A DNA stretch of 44,176 nt from positions 1-44,176 of the forward strand of contig JAIRZY010000152.1 of the NCBI GenBank assembly GCA_031266995.1, given 5' to 3'. A program made the translations under genes and the position numbers. The DNA comes from Tannerella sp. (lineage in GTDB: Bacteria > Bacteroidota > Bacteroidia > Bacteroidales > Tannerellaceae). Below the pieces are notes generated by a model, which ran no database searches, had not been told where the DNA came from, and worked only from the letters and a program-made list of their open reading frames with translations. This document shows positions 43,854 through 44,176 of the stretch, one piece after another (position 1 is the stretch's first letter; each line of letters opens with the position of its first letter).

Positions 43854-44176
43854 ATGCATATCGCAAATCCCATATACGACGTCGCCTTCAAGTTCATGAT
43901 GGAAGACAACAGGGTGGCAAAGGCGTTCCTCTCGGCCATCATTCAGGAAGAGGTGGTGGAGCTGGACTTTGCTTCGCAGGAACGTACCGCCCGCATCAGA
44001 ACGGACGGGCGGAAGAAGGCGAAACCGGAAACGGAGACGACACAGTACACCGTGTGCCGCTTCGATTTCACCGCACGCATAGCCCTCCCGGACGGCAGAT
44101 TCAAAACCGTAATGATAGAGTTGCAGAAAGCCAAATTGGCCTCGGACATCATGCGTTTCCGCCGTTACCTGGGGCT
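43854..44176 (+). CDS. Rpn / PD-(D/E)XK nuclease family putative transposase (5' part; runs off the window)
   Basis: Own translation: MHIANPIYDVAFKFMMED...CRFDFTARI...VMIELQKAKLASDIMRFRRYLG; absent from the ORF track because there is no stop codon in the window. Confidence 0.75.
   Translation, partial: MHIANPIYDVAFKFMMEDNRVAKAFLSAIIQEEVVELDFASQERTARIRTDGRKKAKPETETTQYTVCRFDFTARIALPDGRFKTVMIELQKAKLASDIMRFRRYLG

Noticed and set aside
1-44176. tRNA, rRNA, prophage or integrase genes
   Set aside because: No cloverleaf/T-loop signatures, rRNA-like segments, or phage or integrase ORFs were recognised

Overview
Chromosomal segment of a Bacteroidales bacterium, probably Tannerellaceae/Parabacteroides-like. 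This is inferred from gene content, TAnnTTTG -7 promoter boxes and a SusC/SusD pair. The window holds about 35 mostly housekeeping or envelope genes: an AmgK-like kinase fused to a RapZ C-terminal domain plus a MurU-like transferase; an HU-like/DUF4469 protein; alkaline phosphatase and Lnb (DUF4105); the coaX-OMP-TPR-lptC-ppiD-rlmN-DUF4837-pdxA run, extended by a cytidylyltransferase/SDR/CDP-alcohol phosphotransferase/acyltransferase cassette; dcp; a histidine kinase; a TonB receptor; a FecR-SusC-SusD-GH29 fucosidase PUL; lptD; an HD protein; MATE; panD-panC; a glgA-like gene; DUF4270; and a truncated Rpn/PD-(D/E)XK gene. The most unusual content is non-coding. There are four intergenic tandem arrays of palindromic units (periods 23, 21, 42 and 41 bp). 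Two show compensatory base changes that keep the palindrome intact, and one has a parS-like core. There is also a 1.4-kb nested island of REP-, MITE- and fold-back-type elements, and a candidate structured sRNA of about 180 nt with its own promoter and terminator, just downstream of the RapZ-domain operon. No cas genes, tRNAs or rRNAs were seen. All family assignments come from motif recognition; no database searches were run.
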